60,237 nt of DNA, filler included, from Bipalium vagum (GCA_037834085.1; 3 parts of 3 records of this genome joined end to end with filler, not necessarily neighbours in it), one strand, 5' to 3'. Positions 1 through 13,619 are shown, counted from the first letter of the whole stretch. Numbers and translations are program-made. The notes: generated by a model not told the origin, from the letters alone.

Positions 1-860
1 AATATTAACTAAAGGGTTCTTAATTCAAGTTGGAACAGTTTTGGAACAGTACATTTTAAATTATATTTTGCTTGTTTCAATTTTTATTGAAACCTTTTAT
101 TGTAATTTTATTAAAATTTTATTGTAAAACCTTCATTTGATCTGATTACAAAATCAAATAATTTGCTACAAGTAACATATAAATTTTATTTTATGTACGG
201 GGTGGCAATAAATTAGCTTTAAGTTATATTATTTGAAATTAAAAGTATTTTCTATAAATAAGACGGTATTACTTTTCAGTAAAGTCACATACTTTCATTT
301 TATTCACATTTTTTTACTTTTACATAAAACCTGTTTCTTAATAATTTTTAAAACTTAATCTTTAAAGTGAAGATCAAAAATTATATCATCGTACTAACCT
401 CCGCTTTGTCGAAAATAATTAATTTTAAAAAATGTTTAAATTGAAAAATTTTCATTGTCATAAACGTCCGAATATTTTCAGAACTTTTCGATATCTGCAT
501 TGGTTTTATTACAATAAAAATAGAAAACACATTATGTTTATTTAAACTAATTTTAATTAGTAATAAAATATTAAAATTCTGAATATTTTAAAAGCCAGAA
601 GATAATAAAGTGCCATAAAGATGCATTATCGAAATAAATTTTGTTAGCACAGAAAAAGAATTTTAATCACTGTATTACACAAATAGGATTTAAAATTTTT
701 GATAAAGAAAGTTTTAAAAACTTCATTTGTTTAAGTAAACGTTTGTTTTAATGTCGCGTTTAGGCTGCATTGTTAAAAACTTGAAAATAACTCGTCACCT
801 ATTTCTGATTCAGTAACCATCTCATTTCAGCAACCATCATCATCGTTTTTAAGTATAAAT

Positions 861-1694
861 ATGTCCAATACCTGCAGTAAGTTTTAACATAAACATTGCT
901 GTTGCAAACTACTTATCTGTGGTGTACGTTGCACTTCTGACAGTCGTGGTCGATCAGCTGATAGCAGACAGTGCGGTGTGGTTGAGTGTGCGTGCTGGTA
1001 CGTGAGAGCGTGCCTATTGTTGATCAGTATATTGTTATTATAAATTAGGAATATATTCATTCACTCAGTTGTTATCGATTTGCAATTGAATTAGCGACTT
1101 AACAAAACCTGTCTTCCAGATTCGATGGACAGCAACAATTTAGATGTCGGCCACATAATCTTCAAGACCCAAAAGAAACTGCTCAGCTCCTTTGCTAACC
1201 GAAAGACGATCGGGCCCGTGCTAGATGACGACGGCAAGAAGTTCCTAAATTCCGCTTACAGCCTGCTTAAAGAAATGATCGGTAAGACTGATGGCCAGAA
1301 AATGATTTCACGATGGATTAAAATCATCGTCAAAATTACGTTCTTGCACAAAAACGACCACCTGAACGCGGACGAGATCAAATGGCTGGATGGCGTGCGC
1401 TGCCAATTCAGCACCATCGTTAAGACCGTTCTCAGTTTTTGGAACATTGAATTCAGCTTTGAGTGCGAACATCTCCAGCAACAGCTCCGGCAGCTTGAAT
1501 CGACACTCAATCGAATTGTCGCGCGCCACATGACCGAAAAAAATAAAGCCAAGATCAAATCGATTTTCTCCGTCATTACCAGCGACAAGTTTCTGACGAC
1601 GCTCTTCAACTGCGACAAGTCCTCCAAGCTGGCGGTGCGCATGAACGAATTTTCAGAAATCCTCGAATCTCTGGCCAACAACAACAAATTGTAA
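861..1694 (+). CDS. TNFAIP8: TNF-alpha-induced protein 8 (TIPE/DUF758) family protein; exons 861-876 and 1120-1694
   Basis: ORF 1125-1694 follows TNFAIP8 family motifs throughout (QKKLLSSFANR, LDDDGKKFLNSAY, IKIIVKITFLHKNDHLN, VLSFWNIEFSFE, RHMTEKNKAKIKSIF..DKFLTTLF). Upstream mini-exon ATGTCCAATACCTGCA|GTAAGT splices in frame to TTCCAG|ATTCGATG, giving MSNTCNSMDS... Confidence 0.9.
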
Positions 1695-2379
1695 TCTCTC
1701 TCTCCCGGTCCGATTCATTTTTGTTTTGTCTTGTTCGATTTTATTAATACAACTATCGTCGTCAGATGTTTATTTATTTGCTAATGATATTTAATATTGC
1801 AGTCATTCATTACAAACCAGGTTAACCATGTAGGTCTTGATAACTTTTCAGTCCATGGTGGGTAGTCTGATTGGTAGAGATGTGCTTAAATAAATACCTA
1901 CTGTACTACAATAGGTGTAAAACAATAAGAGAATTTATTCTGAAATAAAATGATCACGGAATCATGCAGATTTGTTTTATCTCCAATGTGCATTCAGGCA
2001 CCCATAAATTGGACGCCAATTGTTAATGTTGGAAATTAATGATTTTAAGGGAAATTTACTTATTCGTTTAGTAAAAAATTTGTATTCATAACATGCATGG
2101 GAATCTGAGAATAATTTTACCGTTAAATATACAAATTACAAACTAATTATTCGTGATGCTTAACCGAATGACACGGTTTTCGGAGTCGTGAAATAATTTG
2201 GTGTGATAATAATTAGGCGGTGTCATTTGCAATTTCAAATTTTATGGACTCGTGTTAGATGATGAGATTTATCCAACGAAAATAAATTAATATGTAAGCC
2301 GATGTTCCCAAGATTGTGCGTAGGTCAGAGGAAGTTTAGTTTTTATAACTTGAATGTCTCATAAAAACAGGACATTATA

Positions 2380-2590
2380 CAGGGTGTTTCATAAGTAACT
2401 GACATTTTTTAAATGAATGATTTATTATTAAATTTTTAATTCTTGGAATCATATATATTCATCATATCATAAAATATCAGCATGAAAAATTACACAATAA
2501 AAGAACGTGTGACAAAAATCTGTTTTAGTTTTCATTTTTATAAAAAGATATTTTAAAAATAAAATAGTCAGTTACTTATGAAACACCCAG
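2380..2590. mobile_element. Tc1/mariner-type MITE (211 bp)
   Basis: Near-perfect ~24-bp TIRs CAGGGTGTTTCATAAGTAACTGAC / GTCAGTTACTTATGAAACACCCAG, TA on both flanks, no ORF. Confidence 0.85.
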
Positions 2591-3621
2591 TACTATTTTT
2601 TCAGACATTCAATTAAAAATTGCAGACTTGTGTTCATAGTACCGTTAAATCGCTTCACGTCAAATATTTGAATGAGCGCTCCAACACTACTCGCTAAAGG
2701 ACGATTTTATCCCTTTATGGCATTGTTACTTTGATCGTTGCATAGATTCAAATGGCATTATCATCTTACACTTTCGGAAATCCGGCAAGATCGAAATTAC
2801 GTGAATATTAGGAATCATTTCGTTTTTTATATTAATCGCGGATTATCCAACAGTAACATTAAGTTTTAACTCAATAATAAATAGTTTTAGAAATGAACGA
2901 ATTTGTACGGGCGAGCGACAGAGTCAGTTCATTATACAGACAAAAGTTTTGGAAGAACAGATACAAATGTCCGCTAGTAGGGATTGGAATATTTTAGTGA
3001 TCAATACTTTTTATTCTCACACAGATTGCTGACCCCCCTTCTTTAAATTCAAAGTGGCATTGTCAAAATTTTCTAAAACAAAATTTATTGATTAAAAATT
3101 GATAAATCTTATCAGTCAATAATAATAATGATACAAAAAAACTATTTAAGACAATAAAATACATCGAACAACGCGCTGTGCTCGTATATCGACAACAAAA
3201 GACGTAAATGCCATCAACATTTCCGAAAAAATAAAAACTAAAACCGTTATATATGTTCACATGTCACAGTCAGACCAAACGTCAATTTAATCTCAGCAAA
3301 TTCGCGCTCCGTGTGACAACCACCTCCACCCCGACTCATTGCTCCGACCAATTTCGCGGCTCCACAGGTGGTTTTACACGGTTCTCAGAGTGATCCCACT
3401 GTCGTCACAAACGAAAACTGAAACTCTTGCGACAGTATTCGCGCGGCATGAGAAATGAACACAATAATATCAATATCAATAATAATAATGACAATGGCAA
3501 GCAACACAATTGATCAAAATTTCGTTTTTTCTTAAAAAAAAGGAAACCACAAAAAGAGATTGTTATTATTATTATTTCTTTTATTAAATCTGGTTTGTGT
3601 CTGATTTTTGTTCTGGTTTTA

Positions 3622-6600
3622 TCACGCTTGGATATCACGGAAACCGCTGAGATTTTGGTTGTGCAAATGTAGATTCTGCTGGCTCAAGTGAGCCAATTGT
3701 TGAGGTTGAATGGGGACCATTTGATTTTGGGGAATACCGTATTCACTGTAATCTCTGATGCGCGGAGGTTCTACGAATAACGTGGGAGTGCCTCGTCGAG
3801 TCAGTGTGTTGTTAAGATGTGCCCAGTTCTGGTCGGGATGTGTCATAGAATTCTGAACGAGAACCATTCCGGGAGGAGCTACCATAATACGAGGATCATG
3901 GCCGCTTGGCGGTGTATCGTACATGACTTCTCGACCGATCAGTTGGTGTGATTCAATGGGATATCCCATTCTTGGAATCATTTTCACTGGCTGAGAATTG
4001 TAAGTGTCACTGTGCTCATTCATTCCCATTCCCATATGGTTGGTGGTTTTTCGACGCTTCTTTCGATGATGTCTAGGAGCAATAAAGTAATATCTTAAAA
4101 TACGTTGCAGTTTCTCATTTGACAAATTATTTTTAGAAATTAATTAAAATAAAATGAACCTGGGAAATCGATATAGAGAAAACGCTGAGATAGAAATTAA
4201 AATATTTCTGCTTGGGAGAAAGTTTTTTCGCATTTTATAAAAATATTGAAATCCATTATTTTATTGAATTAAAAATATTAAAATACTGTCTAGATAGTAA
4301 TGATGCACCCACCCTACAGACTAAATCTGGTACCATCAGATTATCATTTATTTAGATCCCTGCAGAACTTTCAAATGAGGTAAAGCTTACTTTACGTAGG
4401 ATTGTCAAGAATATTTAGTACATTTTTCGCCAAAAAACTTTAAAAACTTTTTAGTAGTAGAATATGATTTCTACCTGAAACATGGTATAGGTGTAAATGT
4501 AGTCTAGATAAATAAATTTAATCTATCTTTTCTATTCAAATAAAATTAGTAAAATATGAGAAAAGTGTTTTCCACACTCAACATTTTAAGTTGCTAAATT
4601 GCATGTAGCGGTGTAGACCAAATATCGACTTGATGCGAAATATTTTCATCAAAAATATTTTCCAATATTTCAAATTTATTGTATAATGTTGGCAATTAAA
4701 TAAGATTCAAAACACAATAAAATGTCATCATTCATTCATTTCATATGTCAAACTGGACTGATCAGAAAAAGCTTGCGCAATCCATAAGAAAGAAAAAAAG
4801 ATCATGTTAGGGCAGAATCAGTACCAAAAGCATGGGATATTATCCGACAAGTTGAGATTTGTCAATGCCATGAATTGAATCGTGGACGTAGCCGGAAAGT
4901 GAAGGTTGACAAATAACAAAGTCAATCAGATATTGGAAATGTTTGACAATAGAGACGAAATTTCTTATATATAGGGTGCTCGGAAATTAACTGTCATTAT
5001 ATATACATTGGCAAAACTTCGGCATCGAAGATAGGAATAAAATGTAGAAAGAAAATTTAAATTCCGTTACGTTCTGATGATCACTAGGCTCGCGCAAGAA
5101 TTGGGTCACCAAACTATTATTATTTACTTGGTATATAGGGTGTTATGGCTGATGAATCTTACTTTCCTTTGGTACATGTAAATAATGCTGAAAATAGTAA
5201 TTGATAAACAATTGAAATGTTAAAAGATAAAGAAAAAAAAACTTCGGAGGTTTTCTCGTAAGTATCAAACGAGAACCACGAGCTTCGAAAGTATAAAACT
5301 GAATAAATAATTAGAGGATTTCTTTGTATTCTTAGGAGAATCTTCAGACAATATTTTCTATAATTATTTTTTATTTGTATTGCACTCATTAGAGTTGAGG
5401 AAAAGTCAACGGAAATAAATAATAATAATAATAACAATAATGAATTTAGGTTCTTGACAAAATAAATCAATTAAATACATCAATAATCATTGATCACTGA
5501 AGTGATTTATTTTTAAATGTGGAATGTCGGAATATATTTAATATCAAATATTTATTAATGGAATAATCGGAAAGAATCAGATCTTTCATGAACAGTTAGA
5601 GAACAATAACGACTTTCATCAGTGGCATAACCGGAAAGCGAAAATCCACGTCTTTCAGTTGAAGTCAAAATAAGTCTAAACATAATTGAACGAACCTGAA
5701 AAGTGGACTTTTGATTCCATCATTCCAATTATAGCCATGAATGTTATGCCATCGGATTTTCGAAGGTTATATAGAACAACAGTTTCAATTAGAAACAGAG
5801 ATAGAAAACAATTTTTACAAATTTGATCATTTCTCAGAAAAGAAGATATAATTTTTGATTAGAGTCAATGAACTCTGTTCGAAGGCTTTCAACGGAAGCC
5901 AAAGGTTAATTTTCATCTGTTTTGCTTAAGAAAGCAATAAAGAATAATTAAATTTTATATTAAAACGCAGTTGAAACTCAATTTTGAAAATGATATTTCA
6001 CTTTCCACCAAAATGTTTAAAATCCTTTAACATATTTTGCAGCTATTTATTCTTTTAGATTTTTTAAATTTCTGCTGTTTCTTTGAAAAAAGTTTTGTAG
6101 AGAATCCCAAGACATCAAGTGTTTTTGAAACCTTATCCTAAACGTTACCGGGTGTCCCAAAAATGTCATAGGACTTCATTTCATGGATCGGATGTCAAGA
6201 AAAGAAAATGTCATTTGTCAATTCTTTGTTGCATGGTGTATTTTGATAATTGAAGCTTTTTTATTCTACTTTTATATGAAAGTAACGATAATTGAAAAAT
6301 ATTGATGAAGAGCTATTTTGTTTCACAATATATTCGCCTATGCGCTCAACTAAATACATCGGTGATTCATTGCATGTTTCTAATCTGACAGATTATTTTA
6401 ATATTTTTTGTCGGTTGACGTATCAAACGTATCCAACATTTACTTTACTCTCCATGAGCCTAATGGTTCGGTTCATATTCCAGAATTTAGAGTTAAAAAG
6501 AAGAATGAAAAAATTCAAATCCAAACACGAAATAAAAAATTTCCTAGAACAGTTTTTGGGAGAGCAGAAAATATACCAATGACTTGTGAGTAGAACCCAT

Positions 6601-9600
6601 TGAGAAGACCTGAATAGCACCAGTTTGTATCATCGTGTACATCTTTCATAAAAAGTTTGATGAGTTGTGGAGTCTGTTTTTTTAAAAAAAATCTGCTTTT
6701 TGGGTTCCCCTATGTTTCATCTATAATGACTAAACACTGATGCGCGGTAAGTCAGCTTTTGTAAAAGTTCTTGGTCAGTTGGCTGCATCAAAAGCAAATT
6801 AAAAATGATTGAATGATTTTATTTCAATGTCCCAATGCTTTTGACCTTTACCTCAAATAAGTAAAGTCAAAACATTCCAAAGGAAATTTTAAAACAATTT
6901 TTATAAAAAGTGTAACTCTGCTTAAGTTTAAAATCAACGGGACGAAAAAGAAGTAAAATGTTCCAGTTTCACAATTTACAGCGTACATCAAGAAACAGAA
7001 TTTTATTTCGTTCATAAAGCAGTGTTGAAATGAACTGGGTATATGAATACATTTTTCTTTCTTTTGTCAATTTACCAATTATAATTTTGAAAACATGAGG
7101 AAATTATTGACCTGGAGAAAAATGTGAGACAATTCTAAGTCGTATGTCTCCAGCAATCTATCCTGTTCGAAATAATTAAATTTTTTGGACTTATGAGGTA
7201 TTATTATTATTACATTATTGCTCAAATCCCACCACAAATGAGTATCGTCCTTCTAATCGAATGATCAACTACCCATATGATTATTAGTAGGAACCTCTTC
7301 TCACAAAACTACTCTTAATTCTACTCTTGGTTAAAGAATAAAAACTGTCAAGCAGAGAATTACTGAAAATTTCACATTAACAATTTTAAATCGAGTTTGA
7401 AAAAATTTCAAGAATTTTTCCCATTTTATTATTTTCACAGACATTTTCTAATCCACAATATTTTGTTTAAATTCTAAACTTTGAATTGTTGTTTTAATTT
7501 TTTAAAAACAATTTTCGAATTCTTCAAAATTAATCCGGCTCAAGAATAAATAATGGGTAATGTAAATTAACATGACAATATTCATAAAATAATAATTACA
7601 ATAATTTAAAATTTTAGACGAAAAATCAAATTCCCGAAAATATTATGTTATTATTAATTCCCAACAGAAATCATTCAGAAAATTCTTCATTAACTATAGT
7701 TATAAATATTTATAATTAATTATTTAATAATAATAATCACCTAATAATTATTAATATTAATTAATCATTTCATGTATTTATTTACTGAGAATGTTAGAGA
7801 TTCGGTGAGTCAAACCTATTTTTTTGACCTTTTAAAATTATCAATAATAATTCGATGAGATTGGTGAAATGTCGCATTAATAATTCGTGATGATGTCATG
7901 AAGATGGTCATCTACACAACGGCCCATAAAAAATTTCATACCTTAAATTTTTTAACAATTCATTATTTAAACTGTTATAAAACAAACAATTTTAAAGATA
8001 ACCAGAAACGGTTTTTTGCATGCCATGTAATATTTATTTACCAGTGCAATACATTAAAAATATGTTCAGTATTTTTTAGATCCACCGCACAATTTGATTA
8101 CTTCCTTCAAACGAGTAGGTATACTCCAAATCAGTTTATTGATAAATTCTCGTGGAATTGCTTCCCATTCTGGTCTGATCAGTTCCCATAGATCTTTTTT
8201 GTTGCTAATACCTTTTCCACGAATTATTCTATCAATGTAGTCCAATATATGTTCAGTCGGATTTAAATCGGGAGATTGTGATGGCCAATCCGGGATAACA
8301 GGTATCGATTTTTGTTCCACCCATATTTTCACCGATTTCACTTTATATCATGGCGCATTATCTTGTTGAAATAGATATTCATCATCTCGATGCAGCCTAC
8401 AAATAGATTGAAGCAAACCATTCTTCAAAATCTCTTGGTAACATACGGCATTTATCTTTTTGTCTATGACATTTACCACCACTCCCACACCTTTAAAGCT
8501 GAAGCAACCCCAAACCATAATCCCATCATTAAGTTTCGATTTTTTGCAAGTCATTCCGGTAATAAGGCTTTATTTGATCTTCTGATACATATTTCCGGTC
8601 GATCTGACAATAAACAAAACCTAGACTCGTCAGAAAAAATCACTGATAAATACTCAAATGTTTCATTTTCCTATTTCTTAGCCCATGCCAATCTTTTGTG
8701 AATATTACCAGAAGATAACATCGGTTTGCGTTGGCATCAATAAAACCTAAGCTCGAAAGTCTGGAGTCAACGAGAAATTTTCTTTTTGGTTATGTTGACA
8801 CCTGTAATCTTTTCTAACTCTGAGGATAGGAAAAGTGTTGATATTTTTCGATTTTTCAAAGCCAACATTTTTAAACATCTGCCATCCCTTGGCGTCGTTT
8901 TCAATGGTCTACCACAACCTTTTGATCTGCCTACAGTCCCAGTTGTACATTCTTTTAAAATAATCTTCCGAACAGCAATAAGGGAAACAGATATCTGATA
9001 TTTTCCCAACATCATCCTACTTATCTGTCTATAGGAAAACCCTTGTTCGCGAAATGTGCATACCTTTGAATGGTTTTCATTTGATAATTGATAGCCACAT
9101 ATGGAATTCATTACTGTATGTCTTAACCATAAGATAAAGAGAATTAATGGTGAATTTTAAAATATTTTAGTTTGTATTATAAAAATAAATGTCAAATTTT
9201 TGAATTTTCAATTTCCAAACCAGAAAATTTGAAATTGGAACGAATTTCATTTTCAAGTATAATTAAACAACGTTATTAAACTTATTTCAATTATATTTCA
9301 TCTAAAAGCTTAAGTAGCCTTTGATAAATACCTAAAATAATATGACTATTCTTGCGGACAACTAAATCAAAAATACACCTTTACTTAAAAGTTGTATCCC
9401 AACACTGTTCTGCATGAAATTAAATTTTAAATTTGTGTACTGGCTTTAGTTACTAATGTTCTTCAACATGCAAAAACCGTTTTTGATTATCTTTAAAATT
9501 GTTAATTTTATAGCAGTTTAAATAACATATTATTGAAAATTTTAGTGTTGACTTTTTTGTGGACCGTAGTGTATATATATTGAGCATTCCAACAAATTCA

Positions 9601-12157
9601 GAAAAAGAAAATATAGGTTAAAAGTACGAGTTCTAAAGATGAAAAGGAAATGAAAATGGCATATCAAAATTATTTATAGATAATCTTATTATATTGGGTT
9701 GTCCGGAAAGTTCGTTCCTATTTTTAATATACATAATTAAAGCAGTTTTTATTATAATAGATAGATAGAAAACATGGCATAATTATATATATTCTGAATG
9801 GTAAAATATGCCTTTTTAATTAAATAATGAAAAGGTATTTGTTTAATTATTGATTTAAATTATTGAACCAATTCAATAGTAATTTTGATAATGATGAAAA
9901 AAGTAAAATAAGTCATTTTGCAGTCAAACTAATTAAACCTGAGATTGAGTCACTGAATGGATAAAGCAGAAATCAATGAATAATTGACACATTTTCTTAA
10001 ATTAACATCTTAATTGATTTAATGAAAAATTATATTAAATAATGAAACTTAATTAAAAAAAGAATAATTCATTTTTTTAATTTTACGAACTCTTATTTAT
10101 TATATATAAAACTAATGGGATTCGCTAAATTTAAAATGTATTCGGAATTTATTCTTTGAAGCAGATGAAATAACTTATTTTGAGTCAATAAAAAAATAAT
10201 AATCAATGATGCTTTTTTAAAAAAGAAATTAAGAGAATATTGAAATTAAATGAAGATGATTTGAAAGAAAGCAGTCAAGGTTTTATAGTAATAAAAATGG
10301 CTTGTTAAAAACCTAAAATTAATTCTGATATATATATATATAAATAAAAGATTTTAAAAGAAAAAAATAAAATAGAAGAACTTAGAACACATTATCGAGC
10401 ATTGGGAATAAAACAGAAACATTAAAGTCTTAGATCATTCAATGAATTGCGTTGAATTTAAAGTATTTATGAGCAGTTTGATAAGAATGATTAATGAAAG
10501 ATTTGCAAATCATTATTAATAAAAGAATGACAACCATAGAAAACCATTCAAAGAGGGGAAAGCAAAAACCAATGGGTTGTCATAAAATTAATTAAAACGC
10601 ATAACATCTAATATTATTAACTGATGCACAACTGATAGAGTTCGAAAATTGCCTTAACCGATTTGGTTGTCAACTGATAAAATTCGTATATTTCAAAACT
10701 AAGTAAATATTGATTTTAGGACCGCTAAGAATTTTTATTTTTCTAAAACTAATATTTTAAATAATTTAATAATTCATTATTAAAATGACAAATTGAAAAA
10801 TATTACACGAAATAACTTTTTTTGAAAATTTCTACATAAAAAATCTAATTTCTTATTTAAAGTAAATTTTTGTAATATTTTATTGATTAATATTTTTATT
10901 GTTATTTAATTAATTGATTTTTTACAATTAAAATCTTAAAAATAATGAAATTAATAAAAATAAAAATAATAAAAATACTAATTAAAATACTAATTAAAAT
11001 AATAATAATAAAATTAATAATAAACATACCTGTGTCCAGCACTACCAGTTCCATTACTGTTGATTGTTTGCGAACCTGCCTCAACTGATCCGTGATCACG
11101 ATGAACATCATGTCGCTGAATTCCTGCATTTGAAGTTTGACTAAAATATGAATAGACCGACTCGCCTCCGTCTTGACTCCTGAACATTTCCTTTTCATAT
11201 TTTTCTTGTTCACAATATCGACACAAACAATACCTGATGTCACTGAATTCCTGTTTTACATGTTGACCTTGGGTAACTGAACCATGAGAATCAATCATTT
11301 GATAAGGCGGTGGATCGGAGCAACCCATGTAACCACCACCTCCACTACTACTTCCACCTACGCCGCCACCACCACCGGCACCGGCACCTCCACAATTGGG
11401 ATAAACAAATCCTCCGCTGTTACTGTAATACATTTGCTGTGGAATTGCGGAATATGTTGGAGAGCAGTATTGCTGTTGTTGCTGTTGCTGTTGGTGATGC
11501 ATATGGTTTGTAGTTTGTCGTAACAGGGATCCAGCTGGAAGACTAGCTAGGCCGGGAGTTATTTTGTAATAGGTGACAGCTGGCGGTTGCGGAGTGATCA
11601 TTCCATTTTGCGCCATTGAATGATGTTTGAGACTACTTCCAGAATCCATTGGAGCTGACGCTTCGTGAATTGAAACTTCTTCGCCTAACGGGTTTTGGTG
11701 ACAATGAAAAATTTAGAATTCATAACAAATACTCATATCATGACCAGAGCCGCCACTGGGTGGCTGCCTCTTTTGTTGACAGTACACCTGGTCCGAATTG
11801 CCACCTAGCAAGCTGACGCGTTCTATCGTTCCATCGGGAATATGTTTCTGTTGAGCGTGATTGTTGTTAGCGGCATTGATATTAGCAAGGAGAAAGCTGG
11901 AATGGGCTGCTTTGTTAGCATCGGAATGGATAAGTTTGGCTGGGTCCTTATAACCTACAAGTGCTTTAACATTCGCCAGTTCCAAATTGTCAAAACTCAC
12001 GCACAATCGACTTTCGCTCGCGACAATAACACATCAAAACAAGAACGATGATCACCAGCAACATGAGACCAGCCAAACTGCCCAGGATCACAAACATCAG
12101 ACGAGTGTTGGATTCGCTGTTATTTTTCAATTCCCAGATCGATAGCGTCGTCCCTTC
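3622..12157 (-). CDS. 3' part (TM helix + long cytoplasmic tail) of a single-pass type I membrane protein, tentatively Ihog/Boc/Cdon-like; exons 12157-12001, 11954-11733, 11684-11234, 11179-11030, 4072-3622
   Basis: Five exons join in phase through GT-AG introns of 46, 48, 54 and ~6957 nt (1431 nt, 477 codons). Translation: EGTTLSIWELKNNSESNTRL-MFVILGSLAGLMLLVIIVLVLMCYC-RERKS (TM + stop-transfer), Q/G/P/Y-rich tail, HRHHRKKRRK across the last junction, ending GFRDIQA*. The ectodomain exons are not seen. The family call is only a resemblance. Confidence 0.75.
4207..4582 (+). mobile_element. Internally deleted mariner relic
   Basis: Decayed C-terminal motif NLVPSDYHLFRSLQN near 4325-4368, between degenerate inverted repeats at ~4207-4235 and ~4551-4582. 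Confidence 0.65.
6147..6800 (-). mobile_element. Heavily decayed Tc1/mariner-superfamily relic
   Basis: TIR-like CGGGTGTCCCAAAAATG at ~6149, followed by fragmented transposase-like frames on the minus strand; boundaries approximate. Confidence 0.35.
7915..9571 (-). mobile_element. Tc1-family (DD34E) transposon with ~105-bp TIRs, frameshifted transposase at 8066-9111
   Basis: Long inverted ends (CACAACGGCCCATAAAAAA...AAACGGTTTTTTGCATG vs CATGCAAAAACCGTTT...TTTTTTGTGGACCGTAGTG) with TA flanks. Motifs GRPLKTTPRD, FSDESRF, IMVWGCFS, FQQDNAP and WPSQSPDLNPTEH are split over several frames. Lies in the long intron of the TM gene. Confidence 0.92.
9694..9800 (-). mobile_element. Mariner 3'-terminal fragment
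   Basis: TA + TTGGGTTGTCCGGAAAGTTCGTTCC TIR, the same family as the TIR ending at 13619. Confidence 0.55.
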
Positions 12158-12422
12158 CTAGCACGAACAGGGTTTCAATTCTTACTTAAAAGGTCACTGG
12201 CAACTATTTTTCTGCTAATGTTCAACGTGTAACGAAATTTTTTTATTTTTGAGGTTTTAAACATAGAACCACTTTAGGATAAGTTAAAAGACATTGTTGA
12301 TTTTATTAATTTTCTGAAATGTGGCTGACTGAGTGCCTTAAAGTACCTGTGAATGTCTAATTCTGACCTCTTAGTTTTCTCTGCTGGTGCTCATCCATAA
12401 GCCCTTTTGGTTTTGAGGTGTT

Positions 12423-12760
12423 NNNNNNNNNNNNNNNNNNNNNNNNNNNNNNNNNNNNNNNNNNNNNNNNNNNNNNNNNNNNNNNNNNNNNNNNNNNNNN
12501 NNNNNNNNNNNNNNNNNNNNNNNNNNNNNNNNNNNNNNNNNNNNNNNNNNNNNNNNNNNNNNNNNNNNNNNNNNNNNNNNNNNNNNNNNNNNNNNNNNNN
12601 NNNNNNNNNNNNNNNNNNNNNNNNNNNNNNNNNNNNNNNNNNNNNNNNNNNNNNNNNNNNNNNNNNNNNNNNNNNNNNNNNNNNNNNNNNNNNNNNNNNN
12701 NNNNNNNNNNNNNNNNNNNNNNNNNNNNNNNNNNNNNNNNNNNNNNNNNNNNNNNNNNNN
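12423..12760. other. Assembly gap (N run)
   Basis: Continuous N run; the X-filled ORFs 12407-12783 are artefacts. Confidence 0.99.
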
Positions 12761-13161
12761 TTTATTTTATTTTAATTTATTAGTCTTAATATTTATATTG
12801 ATTTTTTATTAATTTTTTATATTATTTTATCATTATTATTTTATTGTTATTTTTATTTTTTTTCCATTTGTAATTTATTTTTATTCCATATTATGTTAGA
12901 TTTAGAAGCAGACTTTAAATTAACAAATTTTAAGAAATCTTTAAGTAATTCTGACTTTTTAACCCGGGAGAAATAGTTATTATCATATTTAAACAATAAA
13001 TTATAAATTTGTGGAAAATAATATTTCTTTCTCACATTCTGCAAATTCATTTTGGAAATTTGGAAATTTATTAGATTAATATTGAGATAAAATTCAGTTA
13101 AGCTACTTTTTCCTTTTTCTTATAAACGAAGGTTTTTTTCTTTTTTCACGAAATTTATGAT

Positions 13162-13619
13162 TTATTTAAATATAAGGAAGAAAAGACGGGAAAAAATTAT
13201 TTTAATTTCATGAATAAGTTTGTTCAGAAGCACCTCATCAAAAATAACCGGACGACCGGATCGCTCACGATCATTGATATCAAAAGTCCCATCCCTGAAT
13301 CTTGAAAACCATTTCTGAGCTGTCCTTTCAGTTATGGCCGTATACGCCACAAATATCTCGAGCAGCTTCGGCTGCTTTAACACCTCTATTAAAGGAAAAA
13401 AGAAGAAGGTGTCGGTAATGAATATTTTCATCCACTTGAAATTTCATTTTAATTGATTCTTAATCGACTAAAGTTAAACAAATTGAAATATTAAAATAAA
13501 TTAACTTGAACAGTAAATATTTCACTTTCAAATGATATATAATTTTATACTACAGAGATTTCATTTAACAGGTAATTTTTCATTTTAAAAAAACCGAACG
13601 AACTTATCCGACAACCTTA
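13162..13619 (-). mobile_element. Mariner 5' fragment (HTH region)
   Basis: AITERTAQKWFSRFRDGTFDINDRERSGRP is a mariner N-terminal HTH motif; TIR TAAGGTTGTCGGATAAGTTCGTTCGG at the right end. Confidence 0.85.

Noticed and set aside
1256-1687. 143-aa and 73-aa antisense ORFs over TNFAIP8
   Set aside because: Shadow frames of a GC-richer coding exon; no motifs.
5070-5160. Two CTGATGA words suggesting a hammerhead or C/D snoRNA
   Set aside because: No GAAA core at the right place (CAAA) and no convincing closing stems or C/D pair.
5490-5960. Coding-like decayed stretch in the long intron
   Set aside because: Stops in all frames and no recognisable motif; probably an old TE, cannot be classified.
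11284-12051. Plus-strand ORFs (poly-T/H/L peptides)
   Set aside because: Antisense to the poly-Gly/poly-Gln and neighbouring exons of the TM gene.
12407-12783. X-rich ORFs
   Set aside because: They translate an N gap.
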